Source: Bacteroidales bacterium
Lineage (GTDB): Bacteria; Bacteroidota; Bacteroidia; Bacteroidales; UBA10428
Direction: 5' to 3'
NCBI GenBank assembly: GCA_050287785.1
Contig: JBNKCO010000018.1
Coordinates: 73,149-137,148, forward strand
Length of the DNA stretch: 64,000 nucleotides
Below are positions 1-11,127 of this stretch, in pieces. Within the stretch, counting starts at the first letter, position 1; every line of letters starts with the position of its first letter. The notes beneath the pieces were generated by a model that saw only the letters and a list, made by a program, of their open reading frames with translations, ran no database searches and was not told the origin of the DNA. The translations under genes and the position numbers were made by a program.

Positions 1-206
1 ATTGGCTGGTGGTAGCTGAAGCGATACAAACAATTTTAAGAAGAGAAGGATACCCAAACCCTTACGAAGCTTTACGTGATTTAACCAGAACAAACAAAAA
101 AATTGGCAACAACGAAATAGCCGAGTTTATTGACTCACTTGATATTGACAAAAAGATCAAAGAAGAAATTAAACAAATTACACCTTTTAATTACACAGGA
201 ATTTAA
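1..206 (+). CDS. purB: adenylosuccinate lyase, C-terminal fragment (gene starts upstream of window)
   Basis: Frame open to window edge; tail REGYPNPYEALRDLTRTN..FIDSL..ITPFNYTGI matches the conserved C-terminal segment of PurB. Confidence 0.7.
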   Translation, partial: WLVVAEAIQTILRREGYPNPYEALRDLTRTNKKIGNNEIAEFIDSLDIDKKIKEEIKQITPFNYTGI

Positions 207-208
207 TT

Positions 209-2056
209 ATGCGTGATGCTTTTAAGATTTTTCTCAGATTTTTTACAAAGCTAAAAAGTTATTTAATTGCGAATTTCGTTTTTAATACTCTTGGAGCACT
301 TTTCGGAGCATTTTCTTTTATTTCCCTAATTCCGGTGCTAAAAATTATATTAAACACAGATAGCGACAAGCTTTATGTAAAAAGAGAGATTGCTTTCTCA
401 ATTATCCCTTGGGAAATGCCCAGCTACGAAGACTTTATGAATAATATCTATGCTTGGTTAGCTGGTCTTATTGAGACTAATGGTTCATTACACGCATTGG
501 TTGCAGTTGGTGTGGTTGGCATTACACTTGTTTTATTTAAAACAGGATTCATTTTCATGGGGTCTTTTACAATGGTAAAGATTTTAAACCATACTGTGAA
601 AGACATGAGAGATAATATATTTATGAAGGTATTAACCCTGCCAATAGGATTCTTCAATGAGGAACGTAAAGGTGACATTATCTCACGGGCAACTACAGAC
701 ATAAAAGAAATTGAACTAGCTATTCAAGCAGCAATAGATATGCTATTTAAAAACCCTATGGTTATCATTATTAATGTGATAATAATGGTATTTATGAGCT
801 GGGAACTTACAATTTTTGTATTCGTAATGTTTCCAATTGCCGGGGGGATTATTGGATATATTGGTAAATCGCTTAGAGGTAAATCGCTAAAAGGCCAACA
901 GAAAGCAGGTGAAATACTTTCAACCTTTGAGGAAACATTAGGTGGACTCAGAATTATAAAAGGATTCAATGCAGAAAAAAGAATGTTTTCTAAACAAACA
1001 CAAGAGAACGAGGAGTACCGGCATATAATGGATGGCTTAATGTGGCGAAATTCTTTGGCCAGTCCTTTGAGTGAATTCCTGGGTACCATTGTTATTGTAA
1101 CAGTAATGTGGTATGGAGGAAGATTAATTTTAGGACACAATAGCCCCATAGATGCTCCACAATTTTTAGTATACCTAATATTCTTCTATAGCATTATCAA
1201 TCCGTCAAAAGCTTTCTCTACAGCGTATTATCGAATTCAAAAAGGTTTAGGATCTTTAGATAGAATTGATGAAGTTCTGAATACAGAATCAAATATTATT
1301 CTAAAGGAAAATGCAGATCCAATCAATGGATTTGAGAATGAGATTGAATACAATAAGGTTTGGTTCAAATATCAGGAAGACTTTGTGCTAAGTGACGTTA
1401 ACATTACAGTAAAGAAGGGACAGACGGTTGCACTGGTTGGACAATCGGGCTCAGGGAAATCAACTATGATAGACCTTATGCCTAGATTTTATGATGTTAT
1501 AAAAGGAAGCATTAAAATAGATGGAAAAGATATTCGCGACCTTGATATATACGATTTAAGGCATTTATTGGGAATTGTAAATCAAGAACCAATTTTGTTT
1601 AACGATACCATATACAACAACATTGCATTTGGATTAAATTCTACAACACCCAAAGATGTAGAACAAGCAGCCAAAATTGCCAATGCTCACGATTTTATTA
1701 TGGAAACCGAGAATGGTTACCAAACAAATATTGGCGACAGGGGCAACCGGCTATCAGGAGGCCAGCGTCAAAGAATATCCATTGCAAGAGCTATTCTGAC
1801 TAATCCTCCAATTATGATTTTAGATGAAGCAACTTCTGCACTTGATACCGAATCGGAAAGACTTGTACAAGATGCTATTAACAAGTTAATGAAAGACCGT
1901 ACCAGTATTGTTATTGCTCATAGATTATCGACCATTAGAAATGCTGATGTAATACATGTTTTAAAGTATGGGAAGATTATTGAAAGTGGAAATTACGAAG
2001 AATTACTTGCCCTGAATGGTGAGTTTAAAAAGCTTCACGATATTCAATTCAATTAG
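209..2056 (+). CDS. ABC exporter, fused permease/ATPase (MsbA/ABCB-like)
   Basis: 615 aa; N-terminal multi-TM domain; Walker A GQSGSGKST, signature LSGGQRQR, Walker B IMILDEATSALD. Confidence 0.9.
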   Translation: MRDAFKIFLRFFTKLKSYLIANFVFNTLGALFGAFSFISLIPVLKIILNTDSDKLYVKREIAFSIIPWEMPSYEDFMNNIYAWLAGLIETNGSLHALVAVGVVGITLVLFKTGFIFMGSFTMVKILNHTVKDMRDNIFMKVLTLPIGFFNEERKGDIISRATTDIKEIELAIQAAIDMLFKNPMVIIINVIIMVFMSWELTIFVFVMFPIAGGIIGYIGKSLRGKSLKGQQKAGEILSTFEETLGGLRIIKGFNAEKRMFSKQTQENEEYRHIMDGLMWRNSLASPLSEFLGTIVIVTVMWYGGRLILGHNSPIDAPQFLVYLIFFYSIINPSKAFSTAYYRIQKGLGSLDRIDEVLNTESNIILKENADPINGFENEIEYNKVWFKYQEDFVLSDVNITVKKGQTVALVGQSGSGKSTMIDLMPRFYDVIKGSIKIDGKDIRDLDIYDLRHLLGIVNQEPILFNDTIYNNIAFGLNSTTPKDVEQAAKIANAHDFIMETENGYQTNIGDRGNRLSGGQRQRISIARAILTNPPIMILDEATSALDTESERLVQDAINKLMKDRTSIVIAHRLSTIRNADVIHVLKYGKIIESGNYEELLALNGEFKKLHDIQFN

Positions 2057-2270
2057 AAAAAAGATAGGGTTTGTTTTAAAAATTAATTATCAGCAAAAAC
2101 TCATAGGAACAATGCAATTCTCTAAAATTATCCCAAGTAAGAAAATATAATCATATTAACTTATTGCCCTTGGAATCATATAAAAAAGTCACTTCGCAAT
2201 TAACTTTAATATACTGATTCTTCAAGGACGTAATAAATTATAAAACTCTTATTTCCTGTTATCTGTTTTT

Positions 2271-5200
2271 TTATTGTTTTAACAGCTTTCCGGTATATAC
2301 TTTATCCTCAGAAATAATCTGAACGAGGAAAAATTCATTCTTGTAATTGCTCAGATCTATTTCTTTTTTACTACCTGATAATACCGGTATTTCAAAATCT
2401 TTAATGATTCTTCCTCCCATATCTCTAATAACTACTCTTACATCTGTATTTATTTCTTCTGAATACTCAAAAGTTACTATACCTGAAGTCGGATTCGGAT
2501 AATACAACCATCTGTTTTCACTGTATGTATGATTAAGGCTGCTGCATTTTTTATAAGTAACTGCAATTGAGTCTATAGCTTTACATCCGTTTTGAGTAAC
2601 TGCAACCTGATATACGGAAGTACCATAACCTATGTCAGTTGTATCTCCGATCATGCTTTGTCCTGTCGATCCATCAGACCATAAATAGGAATCGAAACCC
2701 GAGCCTGCATCGATCAAATAACTTTCATCACATACCAGTATATCAGTACCAAGATTTATTTCAGGTGTTTCTTTAACCAAAATGGTAATAGTATCAACAT
2801 CAGTGCAGCCACTTAGATCTCCGGTAATAAAATAAACTGTAGTTGAATCAGGCCCGGCATAAAATTCACCAGAACCGGCAACAGTGGTTCCTTGTGTTGG
2901 AGACCAACTATAGCTGTCTGCTCCTGTCATCTGAATAAAAGATGTATCGCCCTGGCAAATGCTGTTCTCACTCACAGTTACGGTAATATCCGGAACAAAG
3001 GATTCTACAATACTAAAAGTTTTTGCAAGAATACACTTGCCATCATCCACATTAACACTATAGTTTTTGGCAGAAAGTCCTGAAGCATAGGCGCCAGTGT
3101 AGCTGACAACCGAACTATCCCAAGTGTAGGTGTAAGTACCGGAGCCTCCTGTAGCAACAACAGTTGCGGTTCCATTAGCCTCTGCACAGTCAGTATTCGT
3201 TGTATTAATTATAGCAGATGGAGTTTCGTTAATTACAACCTGCACCGTATCACTGTTTTCACATCCATTTGTGTCAGTAACAGAAAGTGAATAGGTTCCG
3301 GAACTTGCTACGGTTAGCTGTGAAGTACTTTCACCTGTAGCCCATCTGTAGGCAGGATAACTTTGCCCCGAAAGATCTTCAAGATTTGTACTGTCACAGG
3401 CTGTAATATCCGGCCCTAGTGTGATAACCGGTGGTTCATGAACCGTGTAAACAAAAAGACTATCGAACATATACTCACAACTAGTAGAAATTTGTGTGGT
3501 GAGAATATTAAAGACCGTAGTAGACGTTATAGTGCCGACAGGCAAGGATATTGTTCCACCTGTTCCAGTTACAGCAGCACCTATAAATGAGTTATCACTA
3601 TTGTTACGCAGCTGATATTCAACTCCAGTTTGTGAATTTTCTATTACAATATCGGCACTACCTGATTCCTCACAAGCCTCATCAATTGTAAGTTTAGCTG
3701 TTAAGATCTGCTCCTCATAGAGGGTTTGTATTTCATTTGGCAACAATTCCCAACTGTAGATTTTCACTTCATCAATAAAACCATTGAAATGATTACTTGA
3801 AGGAATATTGCTATATCCTGGTAAGATTGTATCGTAGGCAAACCTCCAGTAACCGTTATAATCACCTCCATTGGTTATTGCAGGATCAGAATCAACCAGC
3901 ATTCCATCAATGAAAAGCTTGGTTCCTGCCGATGACAAACATGCAGCTACATGATGCCAGTTATTATTATTAAATGCAGCTATGCTGGAAATAGTTTGTG
4001 GACTCCCATTGTTCACACCAAAATGAAGTCGGCCATCATCACTCATATAAACCTGCCTGTCACTATTCGTACTAGCATTCATACTAGCATCACCAAATCC
4101 GGCTAGTCTTCCTCCTACAATTGTTGAAGTTTTAAACCAGAACGACAAGGTAAACTCATCAGGATCAGTAAATCGTTTCCCTGTAGCGACATAACCGTCT
4201 ATACCGTCAAAATAAAAGGATTCATAGAATTCATCAAAACGATTATATTCAACAGTTACACCAAGAGTAGGCCAATTCCAGTTATTATTGCCTGAAAGGT
4301 CAGTATTTGAGCCATCAAATTCAAAGTACGAGACTAAGCCTGTATCAGGTACAGGCAATGCTTCTTCCAGTTTGGTTGCCAATGGATTTGCTGTTACTTC
4401 AATTGGATTAGAGCTTATTGTACAGGATATATTTGTGACTTGTGCAGTATAAGTACCTGATTCTGTTGCAGTATATATACTTGAAGTTGCACCGGAAACA
4501 GGTTCTCCGTTCAATGCCCAATTGATCGAATACCCTGCAAGCGTATATAAATCCAGATCTACAGAATTACCAGAACAGAAAATAGTATCTCCCAAAGCAC
4601 TGATATGTGCGGTATCAGGTTCAGGACTATAGGTAACCTCCAGATGGTCAGAGGTTGTAGTACATCCGTTTTCGGTAACTTCTGCCCAATACTCCCCATC
4701 CTCAGTAGGAGAATATGTACTCCAGGTTGCACCTTCAATTTCAGTGCCGTTCTTATACCATTGGTACTTACTCATACCCCAGTCAATTTGTAAACTTGGA
4801 GAACCAGATCCAATGCATCTGTCCAGCTCACCGAAGTGGTTTATATTCACAGATGGACAGGAATCTGGCATTGTAACCATCAGAGAATAATTGCCTTCCA
4901 CACCAGCTTGACCATCGGTTATAAAATAGTAGTCCATTCCACCAACCACAGGCAAAGTTTGGCTTGTAAGTGTATCTTCCAAGCCCCAAATAGCCATACT
5001 ATAAGTGCAGGTGTTTTCATTACATGTAGGTAATACCAGAACAAGCATATCTCCACTTACTCTCTCTGAAAATTCTATATTGGCCAAACCCGAATAAGGA
5101 GCTGTTATTTTATGGATAACCTCCTTCCCTTCCAGCATAAATGCACAGGAATAATCCTCAATATTTGCAGCTCCATAGGTATTTGTATTCCCGAAGTATC

Positions 5201-7127
5201 TTTCACCAGAAGTAAGTGAAACTGCAGAAGAACAATCCATAATACCTGCCACAGGGACATTAACACTAGCAAACGTAGTATTCAGACTTTCATCCGATTC
5301 ATCTACAACGGAATCTGCATCAACTTTATAAATAATATTATATCCACCTGGGCTAATACCACCTGGCATAGTCACGATTTTGGAAACATATTTAGACTCG
5401 CCCGCTAGTGTTGGTGAAATTTCTGTGCTGTCAATTAGAAAATCACTTCCATCAATAATATTATCAGTAGACAAATAGTATTTGATCTCATTGCTTCCAG
5501 CAGTAGTGTTGCCTATATTTTTAACTTCACAATCTAAATGAACATTGGGTTGAAAAGATTCAACATAATAAGGAGATACATTAGCTGACTCGAAAATCAG
5601 GTCAGCATCAATAGTCGGACAATTTACTGTGACAGTATAATCTCCCTCTGCACCATTTGTGCCATCAAGCACAAGGTAATATGTACCCGGAATGGAATTA
5701 TCATAGACTAAATTACCACTAGAATAGGTAAGAAGGCTATCCTTATTTGAATCGTTCAACAAGTAAATTCCAAAATTTGCAGTTGAACTGACTACTACTG
5801 AAATTCGTCCTGGCATGGAGGTTGTGAATGTATGTACCACCTCCGGTCCGGTTGCATCGTAGTAGCTATTGCCATAACGGTTTACTATATTTGTTGCAGT
5901 AAAGGTTGAACCAGAATAAGGAGTACCACAGCTTAAAGCAATAGCTCCGCTACAATCAAGGCCAGGAAAAGAATCTGGTGGTTCTATTCCAACTGTAGCC
6001 TCCTGTGAGTTGGTGTAATTACCAGATCCCGGTGTAAGATCATCCAGATAAAAATAACCGTTATAGCTTCCTCCCCATCCCCAGTTAAAATGGAAATAGT
6101 CGGTTCCCTGATGTCCATCAAGCACGAATGCGTGTCCACCCGATCCTGTTCCCTTATACATAACAGGTCTTCCTGCATTACATTCCTTTAACATTAGCTT
6201 GGCCCAACTGGTATCGGCATAACTTGATTTACTGGTATATACTGCATTTGACGAATAATTAAAATATTTGATCAACGCATTGGTTGCTGATGATACATAA
6301 GAACCAGAACCTGTTGGACTGTAATTCATTCTCACAGAAACACCACAATGAAAAAGCAACTGTTCCACATCTGCATCGTATGCACCATTTGGCACAGGCA
6401 TACTCGCCCAATCGTATGTAGTAGCTCCAAAATCGGCAGATATCAGTCCATATGTATTTGAAGTCCATGAGTAACTTCCTATACCTGTAACCGGATAATT
6501 ATGATACTTCATTACCATGGCCATGGATGTTGCAACACAACCAGCATAAACATGTCCACAAGCCCCTGATGCATCTTCAGGACATGCTGCGTTATATCCA
6601 CATCCTTGATTCCAGTTTGTAGTAAGCAAAGGACTTACATTTAAAAGAGCATATGAATCCAATGTACTATTTATACTAAACAAGGAAGGTTCTGACTGAT
6701 ATTCTTCCCATTGCTTATGCTTAGAAATACCAGCTACATCAGGAATAGATTTCAGTGTTTTTATTTCTTCTGCCCTTGACTCCATCCATGCCAGAAATTC
6801 TGGTGGTGCATCTTCGTCAAGATTAAAGTTACTTTCGAAAGAATAAGCTATAACCGGTATTGTACGGTCATCGCCAGAAACAATAACATACCCCTTGTCA
6901 TTAGAAATATTATATACATGATACACAGCCGAACCGTTTCTTTTTTCGCTGTATTTATACGACAATGAAATACTTTTAGAAGAAAGAGATTTTCTGGTAT
7001 TAGATCTTTCACTAAGAAAATTTTCCGCTACTTTTTTGGCTATCAACGAGTCTACATCTCCGGCCTGTAGTTTTAATGCAATAAAAAGAAATAGTAATAA
7101 AGCATTTAATTTGATAGTAGTTTTCAT
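2271..7127 (-). CDS. secreted multidomain cysteine protease, peptidase C10 (streptopain-like) with LamG, SprB/Ig-like repeats and T9SS C-terminal sorting domain
   Basis: 1618 aa; signal peptide; inhibitor-like propeptide; C10 core (TTNWNQGCGYN, catalytic Cys in YAGCVATSMAMVM, His in GSGGHAFVLDGH, NWGWGGSYNGYFY); LamG_3-like block (FTLSFWFK..WHHVAAC..FIDEVKIY); SprB-type repeat (CAEANGTATVVATGGSGTYTYTWD); C-terminal YPNPTSGIVTFEY.. beta-sandwich tail. Confidence 0.85.
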   Translation of the reverse strand: MKTTIKLNALLLFLFIALKLQAGDVDSLIAKKVAENFLSERSNTRKSLSSKSISLSYKYSEKRNGSAVYHVYNISNDKGYVIVSGDDRTIPVIAYSFESNFNLDEDAPPEFLAWMESRAEEIKTLKSIPDVAGISKHKQWEEYQSEPSLFSINSTLDSYALLNVSPLLTTNWNQGCGYNAACPEDASGACGHVYAGCVATSMAMVMKYHNYPVTGIGSYSWTSNTYGLISADFGATTYDWASMPVPNGAYDADVEQLLFHCGVSVRMNYSPTGSGSYVSSATNALIKYFNYSSNAVYTSKSSYADTSWAKLMLKECNAGRPVMYKGTGSGGHAFVLDGHQGTDYFHFNWGWGGSYNGYFYLDDLTPGSGNYTNSQEATVGIEPPDSFPGLDCSGAIALSCGTPYSGSTFTATNIVNRYGNSYYDATGPEVVHTFTTSMPGRISVVVSSTANFGIYLLNDSNKDSLLTYSSGNLVYDNSIPGTYYLVLDGTNGAEGDYTVTVNCPTIDADLIFESANVSPYYVESFQPNVHLDCEVKNIGNTTAGSNEIKYYLSTDNIIDGSDFLIDSTEISPTLAGESKYVSKIVTMPGGISPGGYNIIYKVDADSVVDESDESLNTTFASVNVPVAGIMDCSSAVSLTSGERYFGNTNTYGAANIEDYSCAFMLEGKEVIHKITAPYSGLANIEFSERVSGDMLVLVLPTCNENTCTYSMAIWGLEDTLTSQTLPVVGGMDYYFITDGQAGVEGNYSLMVTMPDSCPSVNINHFGELDRCIGSGSPSLQIDWGMSKYQWYKNGTEIEGATWSTYSPTEDGEYWAEVTENGCTTTSDHLEVTYSPEPDTAHISALGDTIFCSGNSVDLDLYTLAGYSINWALNGEPVSGATSSIYTATESGTYTAQVTNISCTISSNPIEVTANPLATKLEEALPVPDTGLVSYFEFDGSNTDLSGNNNWNWPTLGVTVEYNRFDEFYESFYFDGIDGYVATGKRFTDPDEFTLSFWFKTSTIVGGRLAGFGDASMNASTNSDRQVYMSDDGRLHFGVNNGSPQTISSIAAFNNNNWHHVAACLSSAGTKLFIDGMLVDSDPAITNGGDYNGYWRFAYDTILPGYSNIPSSNHFNGFIDEVKIYSWELLPNEIQTLYEEQILTAKLTIDEACEESGSADIVIENSQTGVEYQLRNNSDNSFIGAAVTGTGGTISLPVGTITSTTVFNILTTQISTSCEYMFDSLFVYTVHEPPVITLGPDITACDSTNLEDLSGQSYPAYRWATGESTSQLTVASSGTYSLSVTDTNGCENSDTVQVVINETPSAIINTTNTDCAEANGTATVVATGGSGTYTYTWDSSVVSYTGAYASGLSAKNYSVNVDDGKCILAKTFSIVESFVPDITVTVSENSICQGDTSFIQMTGADSYSWSPTQGTTVAGSGEFYAGPDSTTVYFITGDLSGCTDVDTITILVKETPEINLGTDILVCDESYLIDAGSGFDSYLWSDGSTGQSMIGDTTDIGYGTSVYQVAVTQNGCKAIDSIAVTYKKCSSLNHTYSENRWLYYPNPTSGIVTFEYSEEINTDVRVVIRDMGGRIIKDFEIPVLSGSKKEIDLSNYKNEFFLVQIISEDKVYTGKLLKQ

Positions 7128-7783
7128 AGTTGGTTTGAGTATTTAAATTACCTACCCTAACTTAGGACGGTTATCGTAATAATTAAGATACTTTTTTTTT
7201 ATACTGCAAAAACAACAAATAGGTTTTATTTTTTTTGTAAATTCTTGTTTATGTGTTTATTACAAAACAAATCAGCTAATCTAAACCTAACATTTTCAAT
7301 TGCTGTAACAAAGGCATAATACGCTAGATCTTTAGCTACTTCGCGGTCAGAAATGTATCTATAACAAATACCTATCAGTTTTCCAATTTATGTTACATTT
7401 TTGAACTTATGACATACACCAACCTGTTCTAAAAGAAGAATAAGCAAAAGTATTTAATGCCTTATAGTGGGGCTACCCGATTGACGGTATGTTGTTATTT
7501 TATCAATACCATTTTGTCTTTATTGCGTATGTGTAATTTATCAGGATATATAATTATTTCATCTCTTTTCATTGAAATCATTGTTGTTACATGATCTATG
7601 TTAGAACCAAAACAAGAAAATTCAGGTTCTGATGTCTCTGGAACTGTCATAATAGAACATTATAAACTATTTGTATCTGATTTTTATATGCCGCAATGTT
7701 CTCAAAGAATAGTAGACAATTGCGTTACACTTGTCTGATAATCCGCACAATAATTCTTGAAAATAATCATCTTTTCTTATTCT

Positions 7784-8560
7784 TTACAAATTAACTAATC
7801 CTATCCATTTTTTTATTTGATTTTGATAGCTTCTGCCAGATATAAGTTTTGTATTATTTGTGTCATTTAGTAGAATAGAATAGCGGGAGTTAAAATAGGT
7901 CTGAACCTCTTTTACAAATTGAGTATTAAGAATAAGCGACCGATGAATTCGAAGAAAGTATTCAGGTAATTTCTGTTCTAACTGAACAAGTGAAAGTTCG
8001 GAGACTTTTTCTTCCCCTTTTTTATTATACAGACTTACATATTTATCACTTGCCTTAAAATATGTTATATCCTCGAGTTTAACAAACACTAGTTTATTTC
8101 CATTTCGGATTGTAATAGATGACATCAGTTTATGGCTAGAGTTATTTGATAAATTCTTTAAAAGAGCCATAATTCTTTTTGTGTCAAAATCCTGCTTAAA
8201 AAAGTTGAGTTTAGCTATAGTTTGTTCGAGCCTATCTAGTTTCACAGGTTTTAAAAGGTAATCGATACTGTTGGTTTCAAATGCTTTAAAAGAGTATTGG
8301 TCATACGCCGTACAAAACACGATAATTGGAATTTTATCTAAGTGCTGAAGCATTTCAAAACCATTCATACCAGGCATTTGGACGTCTAAGAAGATTAAAT
8401 CAGGATTAAGGTTTGTAATTAAATCAATGGCACTTTTGCCATTCTTTGCTTGACCAATTACCTGAATTGTATCAGGGAAATGTTTGAACAAATCAATTAA
8501 GCGCTGAATGGCTGGTTGTTCATCATCAATAATAATTGTTTTGTATGAGATTGAATCCAT
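7784..8560 (-). CDS. LytTR-family response regulator
   Basis: Receiver domain (IIIDDE, FLDVQMPGMNG, LLKP) plus C-terminal LytTR domain (FLRIHRSLILN); 10 nt downstream of the kinase gene. Confidence 0.9.
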   Translation of the reverse strand: MDSISYKTIIIDDEQPAIQRLIDLFKHFPDTIQVIGQAKNGKSAIDLITNLNPDLIFLDVQMPGMNGFEMLQHLDKIPIIVFCTAYDQYSFKAFETNSIDYLLKPVKLDRLEQTIAKLNFFKQDFDTKRIMALLKNLSNNSSHKLMSSITIRNGNKLVFVKLEDITYFKASDKYVSLYNKKGEEKVSELSLVQLEQKLPEYFLRIHRSLILNTQFVKEVQTYFNSRYSILLNDTNNTKLISGRSYQNQIKKWIGLVNL

Positions 8561-8570
8561 AACTTTCTAT

Positions 8571-10391
8571 TTAATATTTGATGATTACGTATATCATTTT
8601 TTGGGGCTCATTCTGCCAATTTACTTCAGCCTTATTACCGTAACTTAAGTTTAACAAATCGTAAAGACTTTGCAAGCCATACCCACCAACTAATCCTTCT
8701 TCAAAGTCAGGGCCATTATCAGCAACTTCAATGATAATACCTTCGGAATTTTTATAAATATTTAATGATACTTCTCCATTTCCTTCAATTTTTGAGATAC
8801 CGTGCTTTATTGCATTCTCAATCAATGGTTGTAAAATAAATCTAGGTATAAGTTGATATTCAAGTTCTTTTGCTACCTCTATATTAAAACTCATTCGTTC
8901 ACCAAATCGTATTTGCTCAATTTCAAGATAGGTTCGTACCATGTCAACTTCATCTTCGATACTACTCATTAATTCACTATCTCGATTAATGCTGTAACGG
9001 TACAAATCAGAAAGTGATAGAGTCATCTTTTCGGCTATTTCTGGATTGCTATAAATAAGTCCAGCAATTGAATTTAATGAGTTATAAAGAAAATGTGGAT
9101 TTACACGTGCGTGAAGTGATTGCGCTTCTGCTCTGGCTTTTAATTCTTTTAATGCACTTAATTCAACATCTTTTTCTCGAATAAGTGAATCTGTTATACC
9201 CTTAAGAAACAATAAGGTACCTCTACCTATTGCTAATGCTAATCCAATCAAACAAAAATTAATGAATTTATCGGGTCCAGTTCCAGCAGCAATATTAAGA
9301 AATCCAAAAAAACCGATAAAAAGAATCAACAATAAAAACACCTTCAATACCAATTGCCAAGAAAATGAGTAGGTTGGTTTTACAATATACTTTTCAAGAA
9401 AGAACAGGATTGTTGATAATCCTAAAGCAATTATTATTGTTGAAGCACCAGCATTCTTAATAAATAGAATTAAATCATCGTTTGTTGCAAAAGCCTTATA
9501 TATAGTACCAACAAGCACAAAAGAAATTGCTACTAAAAAACCAGATACAAGATAACCCAGAAACTTATATTTATAATTGCGATTAAAGAAAAACTTATAA
9601 GACAGAATAAAAATAACCAACGCACAGATTATTGCAAAAATGTATCCTCTTAATTCCATATAAGCATTCTTTTGCTTTGCGTAATATGATTGAGAATAAT
9701 GCTCACTCATAAATAATTTAAATTGTTTATGAAAGTCGTTTGAATAAAACTTTTTAATTAGAAATTTATCTGCATCATTAAAGACAGTATTTGCAGGGGC
9801 ATAATCAAAGCTATTAAATACAGCATTATCTACAAATGTTTTTACCTCTTTTGCTTCACCTACAAAGGTGCATAAGGATCTTAGTATTATATATTCAATC
9901 GTCTGTTTTCGTTCTATATCTGAAGTAGCTTGATTTAACTTATAAGTAAACATTGGTGTAGAAATATACTTTCCAGATTTTTCTGTTTTTTCCGCAGTAT
10001 TAAATTGATTTTCATTAATTCTATTTGAACCATTTGTTTGTTTGTTTTGAGGAGCCATAGATGAATTGTTAAATTCAATTAAAATTGTCAATCCTTTTAA
10101 ATTAAGATTGTCTTTAGGCCAATAATCTATTTTTCTATTCGGAATTAATTGACGCAATGTATGAAACAGGTTATTTACAATTATGCTATCCTGGTTTGAT
10201 GCGCCATCTAATTTAACTAAAATATCTCCTTCAAGAGGTGTAGAAATTAGGTGATGACCATTATATAGGCGTTCTTTAATAAATTCCCAGTAGATTCTTT
10301 CTTTTGTTGATACATTAGTTGTATCAATAGAAAATAAAGATTGTGTTAAAAGAAAACCGATGACGGTAAGAAGAAATAATTTCGTTTTCAT
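8571..10391 (-). CDS. sensor histidine kinase, LytS/YehU (PF06580) type with large N-terminal extracytoplasmic domain
   Basis: 606 aa; signal/TM, ~240-aa exo-domain, about 6 TM helices, H-box VNPHFLYNSLNSI, ATPase boxes LIENAIKHG / DNGPDF / GYGLQS. Confidence 0.85.
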   Translation of the reverse strand: MKTKLFLLTVIGFLLTQSLFSIDTTNVSTKERIYWEFIKERLYNGHHLISTPLEGDILVKLDGASNQDSIIVNNLFHTLRQLIPNRKIDYWPKDNLNLKGLTILIEFNNSSMAPQNKQTNGSNRINENQFNTAEKTEKSGKYISTPMFTYKLNQATSDIERKQTIEYIILRSLCTFVGEAKEVKTFVDNAVFNSFDYAPANTVFNDADKFLIKKFYSNDFHKQFKLFMSEHYSQSYYAKQKNAYMELRGYIFAIICALVIFILSYKFFFNRNYKYKFLGYLVSGFLVAISFVLVGTIYKAFATNDDLILFIKNAGASTIIIALGLSTILFFLEKYIVKPTYSFSWQLVLKVFLLLILFIGFFGFLNIAAGTGPDKFINFCLIGLALAIGRGTLLFLKGITDSLIREKDVELSALKELKARAEAQSLHARVNPHFLYNSLNSIAGLIYSNPEIAEKMTLSLSDLYRYSINRDSELMSSIEDEVDMVRTYLEIEQIRFGERMSFNIEVAKELEYQLIPRFILQPLIENAIKHGISKIEGNGEVSLNIYKNSEGIIIEVADNGPDFEEGLVGGYGLQSLYDLLNLSYGNKAEVNWQNEPQKMIYVIIKY

Positions 10392-11127
10392 ATATGTAAA
10401 ATTAAGAAGTTTATTTATGGTACAAATGAACTTCTTAAATAAGAAAAAAGTAAGATCTTTCCGACAAACTGCTAATTGACGCGACCAACTGCAAACAACT
10501 AATTTCTTTATTGACTCAGTAATTCTATGAAAAATTTTAAGCTAGTCTGGTCGGCATGTTGGTTAAAGGCTATAGTTTACAAAAACTTTAGCCATTATAA
10601 TGATACCAGTAAACCGAATCCTCTACTTTTCAATAAGTACAAGATTCATATTGAAATGTGGCATTTGAACTAAAGAACAAAAATCCTGAAATTTCCATCC
10701 AATATTCTTACAAATAAAACATAAGTAACCCTTCTTCAATCCAATAGGTTTTAGCAATCAGCTTATCCTGTTAGACAAGGCATATGACAGGAACCAGTGA
10801 CCGCCTCAGGGAAAAATAAAGCCCTGAAACCTGAGAAGCTTTCTTGCGTATAACAGAAGTAAAAAATGGACCCTAGATTAGATTTCAGTCCAGCTAATTG
10901 AGTGGCAGAGCTACACACTAAGGACGAGAAATATTACTCGTTTGCCACGTTTACTAACATAAACACTAAAATCAATAAAATTGCCAGAACACTTCTCTTT
11001 TATCAAATTACTTAGCTTTCTTGTTGATTTTGTGCTATTCAATTTGCATTACTAAATGTATACTTGTAATCTGATTACTAATATAATTTGAATTATATAT
11101 CGCTTAATTAATTATTGAATTACCTTA

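Noticed and set aside
448-1149. Antisense ORFs (84 and 141 aa) inside the ABC exporter gene. Similar shadow ORFs lie inside other long genes, e.g. 2892-3083, 4605-5033, 13363-14208, 16998-17192, 22945-23445, 23779-24597, 24959-25319, 39395-41282 and 59628-60134.
   Set aside because: They lie wholly within, and antisense or out of frame to, genes with strong motif support. Their composition is low-complexity or skewed, with no recognisable motifs.
7495-7650. 51-codon minus-strand ORF MTVPETSEPEFSCFGSNIDHV..KDKMVLIK in the long gap downstream of the LytTR gene
   Set aside because: There is no motif, no clear promoter or coupling, and it is short enough to arise by chance. It is noted only as a candidate.
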